A stretch of 44,381 nt of DNA from contig JAOZRE010000004.1 of the NCBI GenBank assembly GCA_029940215.1, positions 1-44,381 on the forward strand, read 5' to 3'. The DNA is from a bacterium. Lineage in GTDB: Bacteria > SAR324 > XYD2-FULL-50-16. Within the stretch, counting starts at the first letter, position 1. Every line of letters starts with the position of its first letter. Positions 1 to 8,180 of this stretch are shown here, piece by piece. The position numbers were made by a program, and so were the translations under genes. A model generated the notes under the pieces. The model was given only the letters and a program-made list of their open reading frames with translations. It made no database searches and was not told where the DNA came from.

Positions 1-13
1 AGACGTCATTCAT
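1..13 (-). CDS. 5' end of a gene running off the left edge (M-N-D-V...)
   Basis: ATG at 13-11 preceded by a strong Shine-Dalgarno (CAGGAGG on the minus strand, about 18-24). Product cannot be determined. Confidence 0.5.
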
Positions 14-143
14 GAAACCTCCTGAAAAAATTTAACTCACTTTCATACGGCAAAAGCACAAAATGGCTACAGAATTAGGACGTGTAAACACTGAAATACT
101 CCCGGGATGACATAACGAAACAAACCTTGAAAAATCGAACAGA

Positions 144-315
144 GCATCTGGTGTGAAGCCGTTTCAGGTGATTGGACGAGTTTCTGGATGATCTTAACGA
201 CATGGAGCGGCCGAAATCCCACTTGTTTGAGCAAAGCGAGTTTGGGATTTCAGCGAAATGAGTTATAGATCATCTTGAAAAGAGTCCCCAGCTGAAAGGG
301 ATTCATACCAGATGC
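144..315 (+). repeat. Structured rod-like palindromic element, copy 1
   Basis: Nested inverted repeats (GCATCTGGTGTGAA/TTCATACCAGATGC; GGATGATCT/AGATCATCT; AAATCCCA/TGGGATTT). A homologous copy lies at 35382-35555. Confidence 0.85.
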
Positions 316-353
316 GGAGCATTATAGCAGAATATCCAAAGCTGAGAAAATAA

Positions 354-974
354 TCAGCCCAACATTCCAATACCGCTGTCGTAGGCGGTCATGTTAATCT
401 CCACCTTGTCTGCGGGCATGGACTCGGAGATGGTTTCCTGGAACCCCTCCCGGCTCAACGGCAACTCGTTGGTGCCAGCCAAAGCGCCCAGCAACATGAT
501 ATTACCGAAAATCGGGTTCTTCATCTTCGCCATGGCCTCGTCTGTGGCATTGATAAACCAGGATTGCGCCGACAGTTCATTGACCCATTTCTCAATATCC
601 TCCTGGGATGGATAGTTCTGCTCCCCGGAAATAACACCCACCGAGTAGATCGGACGGGTGTTACACAGGACCTTGACATCGGCGTTCCCATATTGAGCCA
701 GCACCCGGATCGCCTCAGTGGGCTCCAGGGCGATGATCATGTGGGCCCTGCCCTTGGCGATCTGAGGCGAAAAGGCATCACTGGACGAAATCCGCAGGTG
801 ACTCATGACGGATCCCCCCCGCTGGGAGGCCCCGAAAGTCTCGCCGATAGTAACGGTATATCCCATTTTGGACAGCATATTGCCCAGCACCCTGGACGCC
901 ATTACATTTCCCTGCCCACCAACACCCGTAATAATCAGGTTATACGGATCATACTTCAATTTTTGCTTTTCCAT
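354..974 (-). CDS. iorB: Indolepyruvate:ferredoxin oxidoreductase beta subunit
   Basis: GVGGQG and GASQRGGSV.SHLR motifs of the POR gamma/IorB fold. Directly downstream of iorA. Confidence 0.92.
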   Translation of the reverse strand: MEKQKLKYDPYNLIITGVGGQGNVMASRVLGNMLSKMGYTVTIGETFGASQRGGSVMSHLRISSSDAFSPQIAKGRAHMIIALEPTEAIRVLAQYGNADVKVLCNTRPIYSVGVISGEQNYPSQEDIEKWVNELSAQSWFINATDEAMAKMKNPIFGNIMLLGALAGTNELPLSREGFQETISESMPADKVEINMTAYDSGIGMLG

Positions 975-976
975 GA

Positions 977-2914
977 TTATGCAACCTCCTTTCGATCTAT
1001 GGCCCCTGCCGGGCAGATATCAGCGCAGACGCCACAGCCGACGCAAATGGCATCATCAATTTTAGATATTCCCTGCTCCTGATCCCAGACCAGACCGGGG
1101 CACCGGAAAATCCGGGTACATAACCGGTTGCAACCACAGTTCTCCCCCCGGCATGCCTCTTCAACCACCTTCATCTCAAATTTTTTGGTATGCTTCTTCT
1201 CCGGGCTGAGCGCACAGGCCTGCTTCAGGATCAGGACCTTGACACCCTCCTGGATCTCCATCAATTCGAATATCTGCTGCTGGGTGTCCTTGAAATCAAA
1301 GGGATCGCTCTCACGAACCGTAATGCCCATGGACTCACAGATTTTTCGGATATCCAGTTTTATCGCATCGCCGCCCTGAGCATCCGTGTCCAGACCCGGG
1401 TGGGACTGAAACCCGGTCATGGCCGTGCCACTGTTATCCAGCACCACCAGCGTGATATCCGCCTTATGATGTACCGCGTTGACCAGTGCCGGCAGCACCG
1501 CATGGAAAAAGGTGGAGTCACCACTGACCGCCATAACCGGCTGGTCCATCCCAAATCGGCCCAGTTGGCCAAAACCGCTTGCAACACCGGTTCCCGAACC
1601 CATGGCATGCATGGTGCGCAGTGTACTGAACCCGGTGGGGAGTATCGCCATGCTGTAACAGCCGATATCCCCGCAGACAAACCCGTTGCGGTTGTCCAAG
1701 GTCAGCGCATGGTGAATGTTCCAAAATGACGCCCGATGCGGACAACCCGGACAGAAGGTCAGATCACGGCTTGGCGCATTGAAGAATGCCAACGGCAATG
1801 CCTTTTCCGTATACTCTGCTGAGGCGCCTTCATATGCCATCCCCAACACTTCTGCCATCGGTGCCACGACGAGGTCCGGATTCATTTCATTGGTGGTGGG
1901 AATCGACCCATCCCGTTTACCGTAAAATGTCTTTGCTCCGATGGACCCTGCGAGTTCTGCCGCCAGGATTTTGATATTTTCCTCTAAAAAAGGAATCACC
2001 TCTTCCACAATCATGATCTTGTCCGTCATCGCCAGATGTTTTTCCAGCAGTTTCGGTGGCAGCGGCCAGGTGGTTCCCAGTTTCAGGATACCCACCCTGT
2101 CCTCGGCCCCCAGCAGGAGCACTGCTTCGCGAGTGTACAGATTGCACGCGGAGCTGGTGATCACCAACAGTTCAGGCTTTTCCGGACCGGTATAGGTGTT
2201 GAAGGGTGATGTTTCAAAGATCTCCTCGGCCTTCTTGATCTTCTCCTGCTGCAACCCATGGCGATAATCCACCGGCGCGCTGCTTACAATCCCGGTGTCT
2301 GGATCGAGAATAAAGCCGTCATGTTGAAAACGGGCCTTGTGATCCACTTCGGGCAGGTCTCCAAAGACCACGTTACCGCTGGCATGAGACAGCCGGGTCA
2401 CACTGCGCAACATCACCGGACATCTAAGCTCTTCGGACAGTTCAAAGCCCCACTTTGTCATGTCTTTGGCTTCCTGGAAATCGCCGGGTTCAATAAGCGG
2501 CACTTCCAGCATCCTCGAAAAATGACGGCTGTCCCCTTCGTTGATACTGGAGAGTGCCCCGGGATCCTCACAGGGAATAATCAGCATCCCACCACGGGTA
2601 CCGGAACCGGCCAGGTGCAGGAAGAAATCTGAGGCCACATTGACCCCGTTCTGCTTCAACACGCACATGCTTCTCAATTCCGCAAAGGAAGCCGCAGCTG
2701 CCACCTCCATCGCAACTTTTTCATTGGTGGACCACTCCACATACAGGTCACGCTTTCCGGAAACACGGGCCAGATTTTCGATGATTTCTGAAGAGGGTGT
2801 CCCCGGATAGCCGGCAGCAACAGCCACTCCCGCTTCCAAGGCACCACGAGCGATTGCCTCATTACCCATCAGCAAATGCCGTGCATTTTTGTCATGTTCA
2901 GCGATATTTGTCAT
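977..2914 (-). CDS. iorA: Indolepyruvate:ferredoxin oxidoreductase alpha subunit (TPP-dependent)
   Basis: GNEAIARGA, YPGTPSSEI, NEKVAMEVA, FCPGCPHR, GDIGCY, GDSTFFH TPP motif and a C-terminal ferredoxin domain (CVGCGVCADICP). Confidence 0.95.
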   Translation of the reverse strand: MTNIAEHDKNARHLLMGNEAIARGALEAGVAVAAGYPGTPSSEIIENLARVSGKRDLYVEWSTNEKVAMEVAAAASFAELRSMCVLKQNGVNVASDFFLHLAGSGTRGGMLIIPCEDPGALSSINEGDSRHFSRMLEVPLIEPGDFQEAKDMTKWGFELSEELRCPVMLRSVTRLSHASGNVVFGDLPEVDHKARFQHDGFILDPDTGIVSSAPVDYRHGLQQEKIKKAEEIFETSPFNTYTGPEKPELLVITSSACNLYTREAVLLLGAEDRVGILKLGTTWPLPPKLLEKHLAMTDKIMIVEEVIPFLEENIKILAAELAGSIGAKTFYGKRDGSIPTTNEMNPDLVVAPMAEVLGMAYEGASAEYTEKALPLAFFNAPSRDLTFCPGCPHRASFWNIHHALTLDNRNGFVCGDIGCYSMAILPTGFSTLRTMHAMGSGTGVASGFGQLGRFGMDQPVMAVSGDSTFFHAVLPALVNAVHHKADITLVVLDNSGTAMTGFQSHPGLDTDAQGGDAIKLDIRKICESMGITVRESDPFDFKDTQQQIFELMEIQEGVKVLILKQACALSPEKKHTKKFEMKVVEEACRGENCGCNRLCTRIFRCPGLVWDQEQGISKIDDAICVGCGVCADICPAGAIDRKEVA

Positions 2915-3954
2915 TTCTCCTCCTTTGCCACATTTTCTTTTGCTCGTTTTTTCTTGTTGCCGGCACCCAACGTCAGGTGCTCCAAACCTTCGGCAGGAAA
3001 ATCATCCAGTACCAGATATCCCTCTGCAACTGCTTTTTCGACCAGTTGTTCACCCTTTTCCGTTCGAATAATCAGTGTGTTCCAATCAGATTTGCCCTCG
3101 AAGGCACCCACGGAAACATCCGCCCACTCAGCCGTCATATCGGGACAGACGCCGCATCCCTTTGGGACCAGTTCCCGGATCTCATCCAGCGGAATTTCAA
3201 CAACGGTTTCGCCTGTTTTAACAATGAACACTTCCGCTGGCGGCGGTGGAACATCCATACCCGTAATGGTTTTAAGATCAACCCGGGTCGACAGAAAATC
3301 CATCAATTGTCGTGTATCAAGCGCCCAGGTGCAGAACAGCCCAACGGTCAAGCCGATCGGATCGACAAAATCAGATTTTTCCAATGGATTAAGGCGCATC
3401 TGTGCGACCCCGGTCAGCTGGCAGGCGGTCCCCACAAACCCCAGATTCGTTTTGCCATCGGTTGCCGCTTCATTCAGGCAGGACACTGCCGGCGTCGCCA
3501 TGTATTTGGTGGAAGCACACTTGACCACATCCTCTGCCCGGGTCACCAATTTAGGCTTCGGCAGAAGACCATCGCTGTCCGTCAGGACAGCGCCGTCAAC
3601 CATGCCGCTCTCCAAAGCGCAGGTCATCAATGCTGATACGGTACCACCATTCTGAAAATCTCCGGTTCCTGTTCTTTCCCCAGCTTTTGCAGCAGTGATA
3701 CGTCGATAGATCCCGAGAGGGTCGCCATTATATGGCTGTTGAAACAGTGCCTGGGCCAGCTGTTCAAAATCGACGTCCGTCTTCGGACAGTGCGCGTAAC
3801 AGCGACCCTTTTCAAGATCACAGTCAAAAATTTTAGCCAGTTTGCCTTTGTGCACCTTGAAATAGGGACAGAGCCCCACGCAGGCACCACAAACCGTACA
3901 CAGGTCCTGATTCAGCACCTGCTCAGACAGCTCCTTTGATCCAGCGATTTGCAT
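2911..3954 (-). CDS. FrhB/FdhB-family (F420 hydrogenase/dehydrogenase beta-like) Fe-S flavoprotein
   Basis: N-terminal CTVCGACVGLCP 4Fe-4S motif, QNGGTVSAL, VGTACQ, GLFC, GC.VC.D...EWADVSVG. ATGA overlap with iorA. Confidence 0.88.
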   Translation of the reverse strand: MQIAGSKELSEQVLNQDLCTVCGACVGLCPYFKVHKGKLAKIFDCDLEKGRCYAHCPKTDVDFEQLAQALFQQPYNGDPLGIYRRITAAKAGERTGTGDFQNGGTVSALMTCALESGMVDGAVLTDSDGLLPKPKLVTRAEDVVKCASTKYMATPAVSCLNEAATDGKTNLGFVGTACQLTGVAQMRLNPLEKSDFVDPIGLTVGLFCTWALDTRQLMDFLSTRVDLKTITGMDVPPPPAEVFIVKTGETVVEIPLDEIRELVPKGCGVCPDMTAEWADVSVGAFEGKSDWNTLIIRTEKGEQLVEKAVAEGYLVLDDFPAEGLEHLTLGAGNKKKRAKENVAKEEK

Positions 3955-4032
3955 TGATGATCCTCCTTTTTTACAGATAGTTCAGATTAACAGATAAAAC
4001 CTTAAAACAAGCTCGACACACTATCGTTCATC

Positions 4033-4821
4033 TCAACCAGTAGCCTGGTTTGAAGACAGCATCGTTTCCGGGAAATATCCCATGCGGCGGGAAATCTCAA
4101 ATCCGGTTTGAATAATCCGGGGACCAACATCAGACAACCTGTCTCCTTTGATATGCTCCGGAGTGCCTGATAGACTGATCGCCCCCGTGGCCTTAAATGA
4201 TGCATCAAAAATGGGAACGGCCACGCAGCTCATACCCAGCAGCAATTCGTTGGTTTCCGTCACGTAACCTCTCTCCAGAGCTTCTTTCAAACTCTCCTTC
4301 AATTGCGCCGTGTCAGTTATCGTGTTTTGAGTATATCGGTGAAGCGTGTTTCGCTCAATATATGCTGATATTTCGACGTCACTCATGGTAAAAAGTACTG
4401 CTTTACCGACTGCCGTGCAATAAGCCGGAACCCGAGGCCCGACTTTCTGCAGGACAATATTCTCAACTGACGGAAAAGCATCCAGGGTGATCAACATCGA
4501 GTCATGGTCCCAGATCGCAATCCGCGCATGCAAACCGGTATTAACCGCCAGTCGTTGAACCAGCTCACCGCCAACCTGGTTGATTTTCAAGTTACCCGCC
4601 TGAAGCGACCCCAGTTCAACCAGTTTCAACCCCACTGAATATTTCCGGGTCTCTTCATCCTGGTTCAGGTAACCCTCCCCCAGCAACGTCTGCACCAGGC
4701 CATGAACCGTCGGTTTGGGCAGCGCCATCAAACGGCTGATCTCTGCAATACCCAGCTCTGGCTGAGATGAAGAGAATAACGACATTATTTTGAGTGCTCT
4801 TTGTACGGATTGAATCGCCAC
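4033..4821 (-). CDS. IclR-family transcriptional regulator
   Basis: IQSVQRAL N-terminus with HTH, PAYCTAVGKA, and VAVPIFD...AISLSG effector domain. Confidence 0.93.
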   Translation of the reverse strand: MAIQSVQRALKIMSLFSSSQPELGIAEISRLMALPKPTVHGLVQTLLGEGYLNQDEETRKYSVGLKLVELGSLQAGNLKINQVGGELVQRLAVNTGLHARIAIWDHDSMLITLDAFPSVENIVLQKVGPRVPAYCTAVGKAVLFTMSDVEISAYIERNTLHRYTQNTITDTAQLKESLKEALERGYVTETNELLLGMSCVAVPIFDASFKATGAISLSGTPEHIKGDRLSDVGPRIIQTGFEISRRMGYFPETMLSSNQATG

Positions 4822-5066
4822 AGAATTCCCGGCTTAAATGTTCAGCATTATCAAACAGCATTCGAAATAACAGATAATTATTTAAACACTCCTGTTTTGT
4901 CAAGCTCAATTATCCAAAATCGTAAGGGGGCTGATCCATATTAATCTATACAAAGCCGTTGTCGGCTGGTATGCTCTTGCTGCGATCAGCAATTATACAA
5001 TTATATACAATAAAAACAGGGCTATGGAGAGGAATCTACCCTGTGATTCGATGAGAGGAGAAAAGG

Positions 5067-5633
5067 ATGATAAAACTATATGGATCTATGATGACCAGTG
5101 CATTCCGGTGCCATGTGCTGCTGAAGGAACTAGGTATTGAGTGGGAAGAGGTCCCTTTGGATATGGGGAAGGGTGAGCACAAATCGCCGGAGTTTTTGAA
5201 ACTCAACCCGAATGGGAAGGTACCCTGCATGGTGGATGGGGATTTTGTCCTCTGGGAGTCAATGGCCATCAACAAATACCTGGCCAAGAAGTATCAGCCC
5301 GACCTGCTGGGCGGAAGCATAGAGAATATGGCATTGATCGATCAGTGGAATTACTGGTCCATCGTCCATGTTCAACGCTACCTGTTTGAGATGTTCATGG
5401 ATCCCAGCGATGAGACCCGAAAGCGCTGCACCGATGCCATAGAACCGATGCACAAGGTCCTGGATGCCCACTTGGCAGGCAAGGACTTTCTGCTGGGCGA
5501 TACCTTCTCGGTCGCTGATATCAACTTGGGCACGGTGATTGTGGTAAACCAGTTTGTTAAAAATGATATTTCCGGATTCACCAACATGAGTGCCTGGCTG
5601 GACCGACTGCAATCCCGCCCCTGCTTTCAATGA
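5067..5633 (+). CDS. Glutathione S-transferase family protein
   Basis: LNPNGKVP, LWESMAI.KYL, FLLGDTFSVADI motifs. Confidence 0.93.
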   Translation: MIKLYGSMMTSAFRCHVLLKELGIEWEEVPLDMGKGEHKSPEFLKLNPNGKVPCMVDGDFVLWESMAINKYLAKKYQPDLLGGSIENMALIDQWNYWSIVHVQRYLFEMFMDPSDETRKRCTDAIEPMHKVLDAHLAGKDFLLGDTFSVADINLGTVIVVNQFVKNDISGFTNMSAWLDRLQSRPCFQ

Positions 5634-5669
5634 TTGCGGATTCCCAGTTTAGTCACACGCTGTAACTGA

Positions 5670-6434
5670 TCAGGTATTGGCCAGTGATCCACCGTCGACG
5701 TAGATGGTTTCACCGGTGATGTAATGAGCGTTTTCGGTGCAGAGAAAAAGGACCGCTCCAACGATCTCTTCCGGCTCCGCTAACCGTCCCTGTGGTATCC
5801 TGGAGGCAAGTGCCGCCTCGATATCCGGATTGGACCAGATCGGTTCACTGAAGGGGGTTCGAGTCAGCCCGGGACCCACTGCATTGACATTGATATTCAA
5901 CATGGACCATTCTACTGCCATACATTTGGTCAGCATGGTCAGCGCAGCCTTACTGGCATGGTAGATCCCCATGCCGGACCCACCCCGAACCGCACCAACC
6001 GTGGTAATATTGACAATATGGCCACCACCATGTGTCATCATCTCCTTCGCTGCCTCACGAGCCAGCAGGAAAGCAGCCTTGACGTTCACATCAAAGATCT
6101 TGTCATATCCATCCTCACGAAGATCCAGCAGACCCCGCATGAAGCTTCTGGCGGCATTATTGATCAGGATGTCCACCTTGCCGAATTCCGCCACCGTCCC
6201 TTCTACGATTGAAGGGATCAGTTCAGGTTTCATCAGATCTACCTCGATGGCTATCGCCTTTCTCCCTTTTGCCTTGATCTCTTCAACCACAGCCTTAAGC
6301 TGATCTCCCGATCTGGCTGTCACCGCCACGTCCGCTCCTGCATCAGCCAGACCCAGCGCGATGGAACGACCAATTCCGCGACCGCCGCCGGTGACGATGG
6401 CGACCTTTCCTGTTAAATCAAATGTTGCTGACAT
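5670..6434 (-). CDS. Short-chain dehydrogenase/reductase (SDR). Start refined to the ATG at 6434.
   Basis: TGGGRGIG, NNAA, YHASK catalytic motif. SD (AAGGAG) lies upstream of MSATFDL, not of the ORF-track start at 6518. Confidence 0.9.
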   Translation of the reverse strand: MSATFDLTGKVAIVTGGGRGIGRSIALGLADAGADVAVTARSGDQLKAVVEEIKAKGRKAIAIEVDLMKPELIPSIVEGTVAEFGKVDILINNAARSFMRGLLDLREDGYDKIFDVNVKAAFLLAREAAKEMMTHGGGHIVNITTVGAVRGGSGMGIYHASKAALTMLTKCMAVEWSMLNINVNAVGPGLTRTPFSEPIWSNPDIEAALASRIPQGRLAEPEEIVGAVLFLCTENAHYITGETIYVDGGSLANT

Positions 6435-6572
6435 ATATTCGACTCCTTTAATGGTTAAATTGCGGATCACAATCATGTTGTGTTGATGGATGATAAAAAA
6501 AAAAAGTTTTTTGCGCAAGTTTTTTGAGACAGGTGCGTTATAATATTAAAAGACACAAAAAAAGAGAAAACC

Positions 6573-6773
6573 ATGGATCAACATATTTCAGAAGAGCGGC
6601 TGACCGCTTTTGTCGACATGGCTGTATCACTCGGATTCGGGATCCTGTTCTCAACCTTCATTACACTTGTGCTGGTGCCGAACCTTTATCTCATTATTAA
6701 GGACATCAAAGGACTGTTCAGCTCCAGCAAAAAATCACCCGGAAGCGAGATCAACCCGGTATACGTGACTTAA
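6573..6773 (+). pseudogene. Small ORF matching the last transmembrane helix of an RND (AcrB-type) permease; probable gene remnant or chimera
   Basis: [27 protein letters not shown] resembles TM12 of RND transporters, but the ORF is only 66 aa. Confidence 0.6.
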
Positions 6774-6844
6774 ATCCTCCTGCTCCAACGGGTCCCCTTC
6801 CCGGGGACATCACCCCCATTAATGAAAATTGCCCCTTAAATTTT

Positions 6845-6910
6845 TCGAGTATTTGCTCGATTTTCTTTGACAAAGCTCTCGATTTAATTAAAAATCGAGC
6901 ATATGTTCTA
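6845..6910 (+). promoter_or_regulatory. Promoter with two palindromic operator-like boxes upstream of the NMO-like gene
   Basis: TTGACA at 6867-6872, flanked by TCGAGTATTTGCTCGA (6845-6860) and TCGAGCATATGTTCTA (6895-6910). Confidence 0.6.
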
Positions 6911-6945
6911 TTTCATACCAATCCAAACAACTGGGAGAGAGTAAG

Positions 6946-8061
6946 ATGATTAAGACAAAAATGAATGAACTGCTGGGAACAAAGTACCCGATTATCCAGG
7001 CCGGAATGGGCCCCTTCAGCAATAACAAGCTCTGCATCGCAGCGGCAAACGCCGGGGCACTTGGACTGATGTCAACCAGCGGCATTGCATCTGGCACACG
7101 GGATTTCCAGCCTGAAATCTTTCAACGTTGGGTGGAAACCGCGAACGCCAATCCGGAAGATTCATCGGAAGATATCCTGAGAAGCGCGTTGAAGCAGGCC
7201 GATGAAGGTACAAAAGAGAGCGGTGGTATTTTCGGGATTAATGTGATGGTCTCCGGAATGATGTTTGAAGATGCGGAAAAACTGATCAACACGGCGATTG
7301 CCTATCGTGAGGAAAATCCGGACATCAAAGAGCGATTTAAGGTGATTTTCACTTCAGCCGGTGACCCTTTACCCTGGGGCGATAAAATCAAAGGGGCCGG
7401 GTTCAAATGGCTGCACGTTGTCCCCTCCGTTAAGGGCGCATTGAGATGCCAGAAAGCCGGTTGTGACCTGATCGTCGCATCGGGACATGAGGGTGGCTTC
7501 CACACGTCATGGGAGCCGGTTCACTCCATGACACTATTACCCGCTGTCGTCGAGGCACTTGCGGATTCAGGAATTCCGGTAGCAGGTGCCGGTGGTTTCT
7601 GCGATGGCAAATCAATGGCTGCAGCCCTTTCTCTCGGCGGAGCTGGGATCCAGATGGGAACCCGCTTCCTCGCCACCAAGGAGAGTGATTTCGCTCCCAT
7701 GTGGAAAGAGGGAATTGTCAACGCCGGTGACCGCGGCACATTGGTCGCTCGGGGTTTTGTTGGTCCTGCACGGTGGATTAAAAATGAGACTTCCAAGGTT
7801 CATCAGAAAAACACCCTGGAACTGACACCGGAACTGTTTCTGGACAGCCCTGGCCCAATGACAGATGGTGCGTTGCAGCTGATGGATTATGAGCGCAAAG
7901 GCATCGACGCCACAAACGAAGGGAACGCGGAAAAAGCCATGTACGCTGGCGGGGAATGTGCTCAACGTGTGAACGACATGCCAAGTGTGCAGGAAATGGT
8001 GGACAACGTCATGAAAGGTGCCGTTGAAACCATCAAGAATCTGCCATCCGTTCTCGGATAG
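6946..8061 (+). CDS. Nitronate monooxygenase / FabK-like FMN-dependent oxidoreductase
   Basis: LG.KYPIIQAGMG, G.EGG.H, AGG..DG, GIQMGTRF, AGGECA motifs. Confidence 0.88.
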   Translation: MIKTKMNELLGTKYPIIQAGMGPFSNNKLCIAAANAGALGLMSTSGIASGTRDFQPEIFQRWVETANANPEDSSEDILRSALKQADEGTKESGGIFGINVMVSGMMFEDAEKLINTAIAYREENPDIKERFKVIFTSAGDPLPWGDKIKGAGFKWLHVVPSVKGALRCQKAGCDLIVASGHEGGFHTSWEPVHSMTLLPAVVEALADSGIPVAGAGGFCDGKSMAAALSLGGAGIQMGTRFLATKESDFAPMWKEGIVNAGDRGTLVARGFVGPARWIKNETSKVHQKNTLELTPELFLDSPGPMTDGALQLMDYERKGIDATNEGNAEKAMYAGGECAQRVNDMPSVQEMVDNVMKGAVETIKNLPSVLG

Positions 8062-8145
8062 TCCGGATCGGCTGATAAAACATGGATGGCATCAGGAACC
8101 CGATATAAAGCTGAAATGGATTCAGCAGAAGGGTTCCCCTCAAGT

Positions 8146-8168
8146 GGATTCGCAACGGAAGCGAATCC
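8146..8168. terminator. Hairpin between convergent genes (possible terminator)
   Basis: GGATTCGC-N7-GCGAATCC perfect 8 bp stem. No clear U-tract. Confidence 0.35.
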
Positions 8169-8180
8169 CAACACCTAATA

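Noticed and set aside
2797-3655. Long plus-strand ORFs (279 and 259 aa) and similar antisense ORFs, e.g. 13609-14433 and 34640-35311
   Set aside because: Shadow frames opposite well-supported genes, with no motifs or translation signals.
6435-6518. N-terminal extensions given in the ORF track (SDR; also ACP 26134, KS 28829, FabG 29649)
   Set aside because: Family homology begins at downstream ATGs. The extensions cross AT-rich intergenic DNA or overlap neighbouring genes.
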